A DNA stretch of 64,000 nucleotides from NCBI GenBank assembly GCA_017962845.1, contig JAGCUN010000011.1:65192-129191 (forward strand), read 5' to 3'. Below the pieces are notes generated by a model. That model was not told the origin of the DNA. It was given only the letters and a program-made list of their open reading frames with translations, and did not search any database. The stretch is from Bacteroidales bacterium. Lineage in GTDB: Bacteria > Bacteroidota > Bacteroidia > Bacteroidales > WCHB1-69. Positions 55,256 through 63,339 of the stretch are shown here, in pieces. The position numbers were made by a program, and so were the translations under genes. Positions within the stretch are counted from its first letter, which is position 1, and every line of letters starts with the position of its first letter.

Positions 55256-56125
55256 ATGATGATGAAAAAAATACTCCTTTTATGCGTCTGCTTGCTGTCG
55301 ATGGGATGGCTGGCAGCCCAGCATCAGGTTATCAAGTTGTGGAAATACCATAAACCTCATCATCTGTGGCCCACCGAACTGCATTGCTATCCTGCTCCTG
55401 ACTCCATCAACACGGGAGTTGCGGTGATTGTCTGTCCGGGCGGCAGCTACAGTCATCTGATGGGTATTAAAACCGAAGGTTTTGGCGTGGCCGAATGGCT
55501 CAACACGCAGGGTATCAACGCCTACGTGCTCCGTTACCGTACCGGCAACAAGGGGTATCATCATCCTGCTATGATTCAAGATATACAGCACGCCATCCAG
55601 TTCCTGCGCGTCAATGCTGAAGGCTGGCACATCAACCCCAACAAGGTAGGAGCGATGGGCTTCTCTGCTGGTGGTCACCTCGTGACCATGGCTGGCGTCT
55701 ATCACGATACCTGCTTCCTCGCTCCCCTCGGCCTCGTGTGCGAGTACAGCAACCGTCCCGACTTTGTGGTACCGGTCTATCCCGTGGTCTCCATGCAGGA
55801 CAGCATCGCCCACCAGCGGTCGCGCCGCAACCTGCTCACCCGCCATTACACCAAAGAGCAACAGGACCAGTACTCCATGGAGTTGCAGATTCCTGCCGAC
55901 ATGCCGCCCACTTTCCTGGTGACGGCCATTGATGACCCTGTCGTCATGTACCAGAACTCCGTCAACCTTGACCGTGCCCTTACCGCGCAGCACATCCCGC
56001 ATGTGTTTTTGCTGTACAATACCGGCGGACATGGCTATGGGATGGATGATAGTAAGGCCCCCGAAGCCGCCCAGTGGCGCTTCAAATTTGTGGAGTGGCT
56101 ACACGAAATCAATATTTTGCCGTAA
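55256..56125 (+). CDS. Secreted alpha/beta-hydrolase (esterase/lipase, Aes-like)
   Basis: Signal peptide MMMKKILLLCVCLLSMGWLAAQ, oxyanion region VIVCPGGSY, and nucleophile elbow GFSAGGH. Confidence 0.8.
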   Translation: MMMKKILLLCVCLLSMGWLAAQHQVIKLWKYHKPHHLWPTELHCYPAPDSINTGVAVIVCPGGSYSHLMGIKTEGFGVAEWLNTQGINAYVLRYRTGNKGYHHPAMIQDIQHAIQFLRVNAEGWHINPNKVGAMGFSAGGHLVTMAGVYHDTCFLAPLGLVCEYSNRPDFVVPVYPVVSMQDSIAHQRSRRNLLTRHYTKEQQDQYSMELQIPADMPPTFLVTAIDDPVVMYQNSVNLDRALTAQHIPHVFLLYNTGGHGYGMDDSKAPEAAQWRFKFVEWLHEINILP

Positions 56126-56135
56126 ACAATCATTC

Positions 56136-56158
56136 GGACGCACGCGGTGCGTCCCTAC
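56136..56158. repeat. Degenerate relative of the palindromic element (copy 7): 8-bp stem hairpin
   Basis: GGACGCAC-GCG-GTGCGTCC followed by CTAC. The minus strand reads GTAGGGACGCACCGCGTGCGTCC, close to the GTAGAGACGCGCC..CGTC consensus. Confidence 0.5.
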
Positions 56159-56169
56159 ATCATATTAAT

Positions 56170-57465
56170 ATGTTCAAACCTGAAATAGAATTCCAGCCAC
56201 GAAACGTCATCAAGGCATTCCAAGAGGAGAAATTGCGTGAGGATTTGCAATACCTGAAAACCCATTCCAAATTCTACCAAAATCTTTTCTCTAAAAATCA
56301 TATTGACATCTCCAAAATTAAAACTTTGGAAGATTTGCAGCATATCCCCGTCACCACCAAAGAGGATTTGCAGCTGCACAATGAGGACTTTTTCTGCGTG
56401 GAAAAGAGCAAGATAGCGGATTATATCACCACTTCCGGCACGTTGAGCGACCCGACCACCTTTGCCATGACGCAGCACGACCTTGACAGGCTCGCCTACA
56501 ACGAGGCTATCTCGTTCACCTGCGCGCAGGGCCATTCCGGTGAAATCTACCAGCTGATGACCACCATCGATAAGCGGTTCATGGCCGGACTTGCCTACTT
56601 CCTCGGCATCGTGAAGATGGGTGCCAGCGTGATTCGTGTCGGCAACGGAATCCCCGAACTCCAGTGGGACACCATCCGCCGCATGAAACCCGACGCCATC
56701 ATCTGCGTACCGTCCTTTATCTTGAAAATCATCCAATACGCGGAGAAAAACGGCATCGACTACCGCAACAGTTCCATCAAAAAAGCGGTTTGTATCGGTG
56801 AGAACCTGCGCAATCAGGACTTCTCTTTGAACCTGCTGGGCGCGCGTATCAAAGAGAAATGGGACATCGACCTCTACTCCACCTACGCCTCCACCGAGAT
56901 GGGTACCACCTTCTGCGAGTGCGAAGCTGGCAAGGGCGGACACCACCATCCCGAACTGATAATCTGTGAGTTACTGGATGAAAACGATAACCCTGTAGTC
57001 GAAGGAGAGATCGGCGAGCTGACCGTTACTACCCTCGGCGTGGAAGGAATGCCACTGCTTCGCTTCAAAACCGGCGACATCGCACAGTTCCATTATGAGC
57101 CTTGCTCATGCGGCCGCACCACCATGCGCATCAGTCCTATCATCGGCCGGAAGAACCAGATGATCAAACTCAAAGGTACTACCCTTTATCCGGCCACCAT
57201 TTTCGATGTGTTGGATAATGTGGAATATGTGGAGAATTACATCGTGGAGGTGAACTCCAACGAGATTGGCACCGACAGCGTGACTGTCATCGTGGGCTGC
57301 AACCGCACCGATGAAGAGGAGATGACCAAAGACCTCAAAGACCGCTTCCGCGCCCGCCTGCGCGTGGCTCCCGACATCCGCTACGACAGTGTTGACCATA
57401 TCCGGGCCATCCAATTTCCGGAGATGAAGAGAAAGCCCATCAAATTTATTGACAAACGCAAATAA
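56170..57465 (+). CDS. Adenylate-forming enzyme, phenylacetate-CoA ligase (PaaK)/F390-synthetase-like family
   Basis: TTSGTLSDP (phosphate loop), YASTEMG and FKTGDIA motifs. About 430 aa, typical of the PaaK-like subfamily. The start is ATG 56170. Confidence 0.75.
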   Translation: MFKPEIEFQPRNVIKAFQEEKLREDLQYLKTHSKFYQNLFSKNHIDISKIKTLEDLQHIPVTTKEDLQLHNEDFFCVEKSKIADYITTSGTLSDPTTFAMTQHDLDRLAYNEAISFTCAQGHSGEIYQLMTTIDKRFMAGLAYFLGIVKMGASVIRVGNGIPELQWDTIRRMKPDAIICVPSFILKIIQYAEKNGIDYRNSSIKKAVCIGENLRNQDFSLNLLGARIKEKWDIDLYSTYASTEMGTTFCECEAGKGGHHHPELIICELLDENDNPVVEGEIGELTVTTLGVEGMPLLRFKTGDIAQFHYEPCSCGRTTMRISPIIGRKNQMIKLKGTTLYPATIFDVLDNVEYVENYIVEVNSNEIGTDSVTVIVGCNRTDEEEMTKDLKDRFRARLRVAPDIRYDSVDHIRAIQFPEMKRKPIKFIDKRK

Positions 57466-57471
57466 TCTGCC

Positions 57472-58605
57472 ATGGAACAGAATTTTGATGAAATCCGTCC
57501 CTATACTGATGCCGAGATTCCAGCGGCAGCGCAGCGTGTGGCCGACAGTCCATACTTGCCAGCTATTGTCAACTACCTATTTCCCGGACGGGAAGTGGGG
57601 GAGTTTCAGCAGATTTTCAGGAATCTACACAGTATCCACGATTTTCAGGATATTGTCATGTATCCGGCCATCCGTTCGATAATAGAGAAAACCTCCAGCG
57701 GGTTCTCTACCAGCGGTTTTGAGTCTCTTCATGACAATCGGAAAAGAATGTTCATCTCCAATCATCGTGACATTTTGTTGGATGCTGCCATTTTACAGAC
57801 ACTCCTGGTTGATCATGGGTTGGATACTTCCGAAATCACCTTTGGCAGCAACCTGATGAATGGAGAGTTGGTAGTAGATATTGGGAAAATGAACAAGATG
57901 TTCCGCATCATGCGAGGGGGGCATATACGTGACTTCTACCAAAACTCGATGCATGTATCCTCCTATATGCGGTATGCCATTGTAGGGAAACAACAGTCGG
58001 TATGGATCGCACAACGTAATGGCCGTACTAAGGATGGTGATGATAGGACTGATATGGCGGTGCTCAAGATGTTCGCCCTGAGCAGCGATAAAGATTTTGT
58101 GGATAATTTGTCGGAACTTAACATCACCCCGATGGTGGTATCGTACGAATATGAGCCCTGCGACTTTATGAAAACGCAGGAGATTTTTATCTCGCGGTAT
58201 CAGAAATACGAGAAGGAACCTGGCGAGGATCTGAACAGCATCCTCCATGGTATCAAGCAATTCAAAGGACATATCCATTTTGCTATCGCTCCCGCCATCA
58301 CAGTCGAGGACCTGAATTTCTGCGACCGTTTCGAGCGAAACAAAAAGTTCCAGCACTTGGCAGGAATCATCGACAAGCGGGTATATCTCAACTACAAGTT
58401 ATGGCCCACCAACTACATTGCCTACGAGCTGCTGAACCAGACCTACAAGTACAAAGACCAATATACGCAAGAGGAGATGGACCATTTTGTGGAGTATATG
58501 GAGCAAGGTCTGTCCTCGCTGGTCGGTGATCCGAGCGAGCTGCGCGAGATTTTCCTCGGCATTTATGCCAACCCCGTCGTCAACTACGAACAGCTGTTTG
58601 TGTAG
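57472..58605 (+). CDS. Glycerolipid/lysophospholipid acyltransferase family protein (PlsC-like, long form)
   Basis: HX4D motif in FISNHRDILLDAA. It lies 6 nt after the ligase gene. Confidence 0.75.
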   Translation: MEQNFDEIRPYTDAEIPAAAQRVADSPYLPAIVNYLFPGREVGEFQQIFRNLHSIHDFQDIVMYPAIRSIIEKTSSGFSTSGFESLHDNRKRMFISNHRDILLDAAILQTLLVDHGLDTSEITFGSNLMNGELVVDIGKMNKMFRIMRGGHIRDFYQNSMHVSSYMRYAIVGKQQSVWIAQRNGRTKDGDDRTDMAVLKMFALSSDKDFVDNLSELNITPMVVSYEYEPCDFMKTQEIFISRYQKYEKEPGEDLNSILHGIKQFKGHIHFAIAPAITVEDLNFCDRFERNKKFQHLAGIIDKRVYLNYKLWPTNYIAYELLNQTYKYKDQYTQEEMDHFVEYMEQGLSSLVGDPSELREIFLGIYANPVVNYEQLFV

Positions 58606-58627
58606 GGGAGGGGATGCGCTGCCAGCA

Positions 58628-59113
58628 TCACACCGTCAAATCGGCAACCGTCATACCTACAAGGTCAATCAGATGTTGCGGGTTGAGTTTGAACTGCAGC
58701 CCCCGTACGCCCGCACTCACATAGATGTAGTCGAACAGCTGGCACGTTTCGTGAATGAAAGTGGGAAAGGGCTTCTTCATCCCTACCGGCGAACATCCAC
58801 CTCTTATATATCCTGTGAGCGGGAGCAGCTCTTTCATCGGAATAAGGTCACAGCTTTTGTTGCCCGTCACCTTGGCGGTCTTCTTCAAATCCACCTCGTC
58901 GTTGCCGGGTATTACGCAGACAAAGTGCCCAGTCTTGTCGCCTTTCAGCACTAAAGTTTTGAATACCTGATTGATATCTTCCCCTAGCTGGTCGGCGATA
59001 TGCTGCGCGCCAAGGTCGTTCTCATCTACCTCGTAGGGTATCAGCTCGTAAGCCACCTTCTTCTGGTCAAGAAGGCGACAGGCGTTGGTTTTGTTGATTT
59101 TATCTTTTGGCAT
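58628..59113 (-). CDS. ybaK: Cys-tRNA(Pro)/Cys-tRNA(Cys) deacylase YbaK
   Basis: 161 aa. NACRLLDQKKV.YE..Y, VFKTLVLKGDK and GGCSPVG motifs indicate the YbaK/EbsC editing domain. Confidence 0.85.
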   Translation of the reverse strand: MPKDKINKTNACRLLDQKKVAYELIPYEVDENDLGAQHIADQLGEDINQVFKTLVLKGDKTGHFVCVIPGNDEVDLKKTAKVTGNKSCDLIPMKELLPLTGYIRGGCSPVGMKKPFPTFIHETCQLFDYIYVSAGVRGLQFKLNPQHLIDLVGMTVADLTV

Positions 59114-59145
59114 ATAAAATAGTTACCGACTGGTTCATGAGGCTG

Positions 59146-59153
59146 CAAAGATA
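59146..59153 (-). promoter_or_regulatory. Bacteroidota -7 promoter box (TAnnTTTG)
   Basis: The minus strand reads TATCTTTG, 33 nt upstream of ATG 59113. Confidence 0.5.
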
Positions 59154-59252
59154 CAAAATTGTTGATTACGCGTTTCTCTTTTAATACAATATTCTCATTA
59201 TCAATATCGTTTAATAATCCCGAAAAAATTTTTTTCTAAAAATTATTACAAT

Positions 59253-60533
59253 ATGAATATGAAAAAACTTCTACTTATTCTCCTGGCTGTTGCTATGGTG
59301 GCGGCGTTTCATACTACATCTTTGCAGGCCCAGGATTTGAACCATTACAAACAGATTGTCAAGGAGTTAAGCTCTGCAAAATACCAAGGACGTGGGTATG
59401 CGTACGACGGGGCCAACAAAGCGGGAAAGTATCTGCAAAAAGAGTTTGAGAAAACAGGTGCCGATGAGGTGATTTGTCAGCCCTTCAAGTTGAGCATCAA
59501 CACTTTCCCGAAGAAAATGGAGATGTCGGTGGACGGCCGCACGTTGACTCCCGGGGTTGATTTCTCCATGCGCGAGTATTCGCCGGGCGTACACGGCACC
59601 TACAAACTTTATTATGTGGATACCAACAACTACGATGCTGACAAGATGTTCAGCGACCTTGCCCAACCTGAGTACAAGGACTGCTTCGTGGTGTGCGACT
59701 TTTGGTTCTCGTATCGTCACTATCAGGATTTTCAGAAGCTGTGGGGCGGAACAAGCTGTAGCAATGCCGGAATGATACAGACGTGGCCGCCGCTGCTGAA
59801 GTTCTACAAGGCATACGGCGAGCGGGTGGTAGGAAAGCCCGTCATCTGGGCCACCTCCGACTTCCCCAAAGATGCCCAAAGCATCACGGTCAACATCGAC
59901 AACAAGTTTTTGAAAGACTACGAATGTTTCAACGTCATCGCCAAGGTAGAAGGCCGCCGGCACGACAGCTGCTATGTTTTCACGGCTCACTACGACCACC
60001 TCGGCAATCTCGGCAAGGATGTGTTTTATGCTGGGGCCAACGACAACGCCTCCGGCACGGCAGCGATTGTGACCTTGGCCGCCTATTATGTCCAAAACCG
60101 TCCCGAATACGACATGTACTTTATCGCTTTCTCGGGTGAGGACGCCAACCTGCGCGGCTCGGAGTGGTACGCCGAGCACCCCATCGTGCCGTTGGCGCAG
60201 ATCAAGTATCTGTTTAATATTGACATGATTGGCGATAACAATCCCGTGCAATACTGCGAGGTGAGCGATGAAGGGATGCGCGGTTTTGCTTTGTTTGATA
60301 AAATCAATGGGGAAAAGCACTATTTCAAGTCGCTGAACCGTGGCGAGTTGGCCGGCAACAGCGACCACTATCCGTTCGCTGTCCGCCATGTGCCGTGCAT
60401 CTTCTTCGAGAATGAGGAGGGCGATGCGTTCAAGTACTATCACACGGTTTACGACACCTACGAAAACGCCCTGTTCGACACTTACGAGCCCATCTTCCGT
60501 CTGGTGCGTGAGTTTGTGGGAAGGTACAATTGA
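59253..60533 (+). CDS. M28-family metallopeptidase (aminopeptidase-like)
   Basis: Zinc-ligand motifs FTAHYDHLG, GANDNASGTAAIV, FSGEDANLRGS and SDHYPF, plus a signal peptide. Confidence 0.85.
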   Translation: MNMKKLLLILLAVAMVAAFHTTSLQAQDLNHYKQIVKELSSAKYQGRGYAYDGANKAGKYLQKEFEKTGADEVICQPFKLSINTFPKKMEMSVDGRTLTPGVDFSMREYSPGVHGTYKLYYVDTNNYDADKMFSDLAQPEYKDCFVVCDFWFSYRHYQDFQKLWGGTSCSNAGMIQTWPPLLKFYKAYGERVVGKPVIWATSDFPKDAQSITVNIDNKFLKDYECFNVIAKVEGRRHDSCYVFTAHYDHLGNLGKDVFYAGANDNASGTAAIVTLAAYYVQNRPEYDMYFIAFSGEDANLRGSEWYAEHPIVPLAQIKYLFNIDMIGDNNPVQYCEVSDEGMRGFALFDKINGEKHYFKSLNRGELAGNSDHYPFAVRHVPCIFFENEEGDAFKYYHTVYDTYENALFDTYEPIFRLVREFVGRYN

Positions 60534-60580
60534 AACTGAAAATTGAAAATTGAAAAGTGAAAATTGTGAGTTGAGAGATG
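60531..60580 (+). repeat. TGAAAAN heptamer tract filling the entire intergenic spacer from a stop codon to the next start codon
   Basis: TGAAAC TGAAAAT TGAAAAT TGAAAAG TGAAAAT TGTGAGT TGAGAGA TG. The first TGA is the M28 stop codon, and the last unit runs into ATG 60578. Confidence 0.85.
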
Positions 60581-61534
60581 GAAATCAGAAAGAAACATAG
60601 GATTTTTGCTATCATAGCATCTTTGTTTGTGCTCGGAGCGTTGCTGTGTGTTGTGTTGCTACGCGACGGCTCACATTTGATTTACCAAATGGATGTGTGG
60701 ATTTATTATGCCGCATTCGTGTCGGTAGTGGTGTACGGTATGTTCTGGTTGTACTATGCGGTTAGGAAACTGCATTGGGCCTTGCGGATTCTCATTCTTC
60801 TTGCCCCCATTTTCTGCCTTTTGTTTTTTGTCTGTGGATTCGCCTCAGTGGGACTTTTGCGTAAAGATGCTCGAATATGGAGTAATGACCAGTATGTGGT
60901 TTATCATGAACCCGCTTTTTTTATCGATCCGGGCTTCTTCGTCTTGTACGAGCGTAAGGGAATCATTGAAAAGCAATGCTTTAGATTAGGTTGCGAAATC
61001 TCCGATCCAGACAAAATAGAGTATTATTTTGATGAGAGGCGCGATTTTATACGCGAGGAGGCCGACTGGACATTTGACGGGGATAGTTGGCATACCACTA
61101 CGTTCTATCATCTGAGCAATGGGGAGCAATACAGGCGCCAGAATCCGATGGACAGCTCCTTGTGGAGTGGCGGATACTGTGCGTATGATAAACGATCATC
61201 TCTTAGTCAGCAGCTTGAAGTAGAAGTAGTGCGCGACACTTTGAATTTTCATTACTACATTGATTTACGTGAGGTGAAGTTGGAGGGAAAAGAAGGTGAG
61301 GAAGAATACACATTGGAAGGTAGGGCTTTTTTGAAAAAGGGGGATGCCGAAACAGATGAGGATGAGCAGGGCAATGCCTTTTGGGTGGATGAGTATGTCT
61401 ATAATGAAGATGGTAACTATCTCGCTTTCCGCGTGCAGGCGGTAAAACATGATATAATCAGGGTGGTGGCGGATGACTCTACTGCCGCTCGGTACCATAT
61501 CCCAACATCAACGACTTTTGATCCCAAATGGTGA
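60578..61534 (+). CDS. Hypothetical membrane protein (3 N-terminal TM segments plus a soluble C-terminal region)
   Basis: Hydrophobic segments lie within aa 10-95. No recognised domain. Confidence 0.5.
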   Translation: MEIRKKHRIFAIIASLFVLGALLCVVLLRDGSHLIYQMDVWIYYAAFVSVVVYGMFWLYYAVRKLHWALRILILLAPIFCLLFFVCGFASVGLLRKDARIWSNDQYVVYHEPAFFIDPGFFVLYERKGIIEKQCFRLGCEISDPDKIEYYFDERRDFIREEADWTFDGDSWHTTTFYHLSNGEQYRRQNPMDSSLWSGGYCAYDKRSSLSQQLEVEVVRDTLNFHYYIDLREVKLEGKEGEEEYTLEGRAFLKKGDAETDEDEQGNAFWVDEYVYNEDGNYLAFRVQAVKHDIIRVVADDSTAARYHIPTSTTFDPKW

Positions 61535-61606
61535 AAAAGGAATATTCTCCTAAAAGGCCTAACTCATTTCATCGGTATTCAATAACAGATAAAGTCAATG
61601 TAATTT

Positions 61607-62176
61607 ATGATGGGGTCAAGTTGTAAAATTACGCGTTTTCTTGCTTTCTCACTGCTCCTGCTGGCGATGGTCTCGTGCCGCACCACGCTTAACACTCCCG
61701 AACAGGTGTGGGGGTACTACACCTACGAACACGGATGGAGTTACGACACCAAGGAGGGGCACATCACCGCATCCGAGACTGGCACCATGGATTTTTACCC
61801 TGATGGCACAGCACTGGATTCCGCTCGTCAGGAATATGTGATTGTTCTCAACAATGGTGGAAAGGTGACATGTGTGTACAACTATATCAGTCCGAGCCGT
61901 TGGCGATTAGACGGCGAGGATTTTTATTTTGCTGGTATTGAGGAAAGTTTCCGTATGGAAGTGGTGGAGATGGATCCCGGGGTGTGCTCTTTAGAGCCCG
62001 ACCGTGCCGAAGAGCTGGTCAACACGATCATCCAGAATGTGCGCAGTGGCATCTCGCGAGAGGTCAAATTCCACCTTGCTAAACTTACGAAGCGAAAGTT
62101 AGTATGGAGCTACACTTATCTCGACGGTCACACCGATACCTGGGAATTTTATCGGAATGAATTCTGCATACGATAA
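61607..62176 (+). CDS. Hypothetical lipoprotein
   Basis: Lipobox-like FSLLLLAMVSCRT. No recognised domain. Confidence 0.5.
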   Translation: MMGSSCKITRFLAFSLLLLAMVSCRTTLNTPEQVWGYYTYEHGWSYDTKEGHITASETGTMDFYPDGTALDSARQEYVIVLNNGGKVTCVYNYISPSRWRLDGEDFYFAGIEESFRMEVVEMDPGVCSLEPDRAEELVNTIIQNVRSGISREVKFHLAKLTKRKLVWSYTYLDGHTDTWEFYRNEFCIR

Positions 62177-62236
62177 AATTATTTTCCCCATACCCTCTTC
62201 CATAAAAGAGAAAATTGCGATTTTTGCAAAAAAAAC

Positions 62237-62857
62237 ATGAAACACGAAATCAACCCGCAAGAGACCAACCGGGCATTCGCCTTCGAGATGTGGCTGAATG
62301 CGCCGATGCCGATGGTGACATTGGTGAAAACGATGAATGTCAGCCACTTGCTAAAAATTAGCAAAAAGCAGCACGTCAAGTTCAACACGCTGATGTGCTG
62401 GTGTATCGGCAAGGCGGCCACCGAAACCGAGGAGCTCTACCTGCTGCCCGAGGGCGGCAAGCTGTTCCGCTACGACCAGATGGCCATCAACGTGATGGTG
62501 CGCAACCGCAAGGGCGGCATCAACTCGTGCGATATTCCCTATTCCGCCGACCTCCAGCAGTTCAACCGCAACTACATGGAGCTGACCACCAGGGTGGCGG
62601 AGGAGCGCCAGAGCAGCTTCCTCGACGGCTACATGATTGTCGGCACCTCCGCCATGATCCAGACCGAGCTCGACTGCGTGGTGAACCAATACACCGACAA
62701 GTTCCTCAACCCGATGGTGATGTGGGGCAAGTACCGCAAAAGGTGGTTCAAGGCCACGCTGCCCGTGTCGTTCCAGTTCCACCACGTGCAGATGGACGGC
62801 GGCGACGCAGCCCGGTTTCTGGAACGGCTGCAGCAAACCATCTATTTGAAAGGGTAA
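62237..62857 (+). CDS. Chloramphenicol-acetyltransferase-like (CAT type A fold) acetyltransferase
   Basis: The C-terminal LPVSFQFHHVQMDGGDAARFLERLQ corresponds to the LSLQVHHAVCDGYH catalytic-His region of CATs. The length (206 aa) fits. Confidence 0.7.
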   Translation: MKHEINPQETNRAFAFEMWLNAPMPMVTLVKTMNVSHLLKISKKQHVKFNTLMCWCIGKAATETEELYLLPEGGKLFRYDQMAINVMVRNRKGGINSCDIPYSADLQQFNRNYMELTTRVAEERQSSFLDGYMIVGTSAMIQTELDCVVNQYTDKFLNPMVMWGKYRKRWFKATLPVSFQFHHVQMDGGDAARFLERLQQTIYLKG

Positions 62858-62903
62858 AAATCGAAAAAAATTCACTATGTCACGAAATGGCATAGTATTG
62901 CTG

Positions 62904-62911
62904 TATCTTTG
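62904..62911 (+). promoter_or_regulatory. Bacteroidota -7 promoter box (TAnnTTTG)
   Basis: TATCTTTG lies 31 nt upstream of ATG 62943. Confidence 0.5.
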
Positions 62912-62942
62912 CAACCGAAAATCCAGAAAAAACAAGAACAGT

Positions 62943-63302
62943 ATGAAAGGAATGGTTGAATTGTGTTATGATATGCCGCAGTGGGAAAGGTATTTGGAAA
63001 CCAGCGAGGTGGCATTCAGCGAAGTACAGCAGGTGCAATTGAAAAACGAGCTTCACGACTTTTTGAGTGATGCGGTTTTGGAGCTTGTGGAGAAGAACAA
63101 GTTGCATCTGATAAAAAGATTGCAGGATTTTCTGACCAATGAGGAGCTCTTTGCCGGAAGCAGCAAGATTTTCCGGAGGATGCCTTCCCTGCCGGAGGAG
63201 ATCGCCTTCGATACGGATATCAACACTTTTTTGGAGGAGGAGAGATTGTTGGAGGCAGAAGAACCCTATCGGTTGCATCAGGCCGGTGGTGGGGATTGTT
63301 GA
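62943..63302 (+). CDS. Hypothetical protein (119 aa), acidic and helical
   Basis: The ORF lies downstream of a good -7 box. No recognised domain. Confidence 0.45.
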   Translation: MKGMVELCYDMPQWERYLETSEVAFSEVQQVQLKNELHDFLSDAVLELVEKNKLHLIKRLQDFLTNEELFAGSSKIFRRMPSLPEEIAFDTDINTFLEEERLLEAEEPYRLHQAGGGDC

Positions 63303-63339
63303 ATTATTAAGATGTTAAATTATTAAATTATAATTAGTT

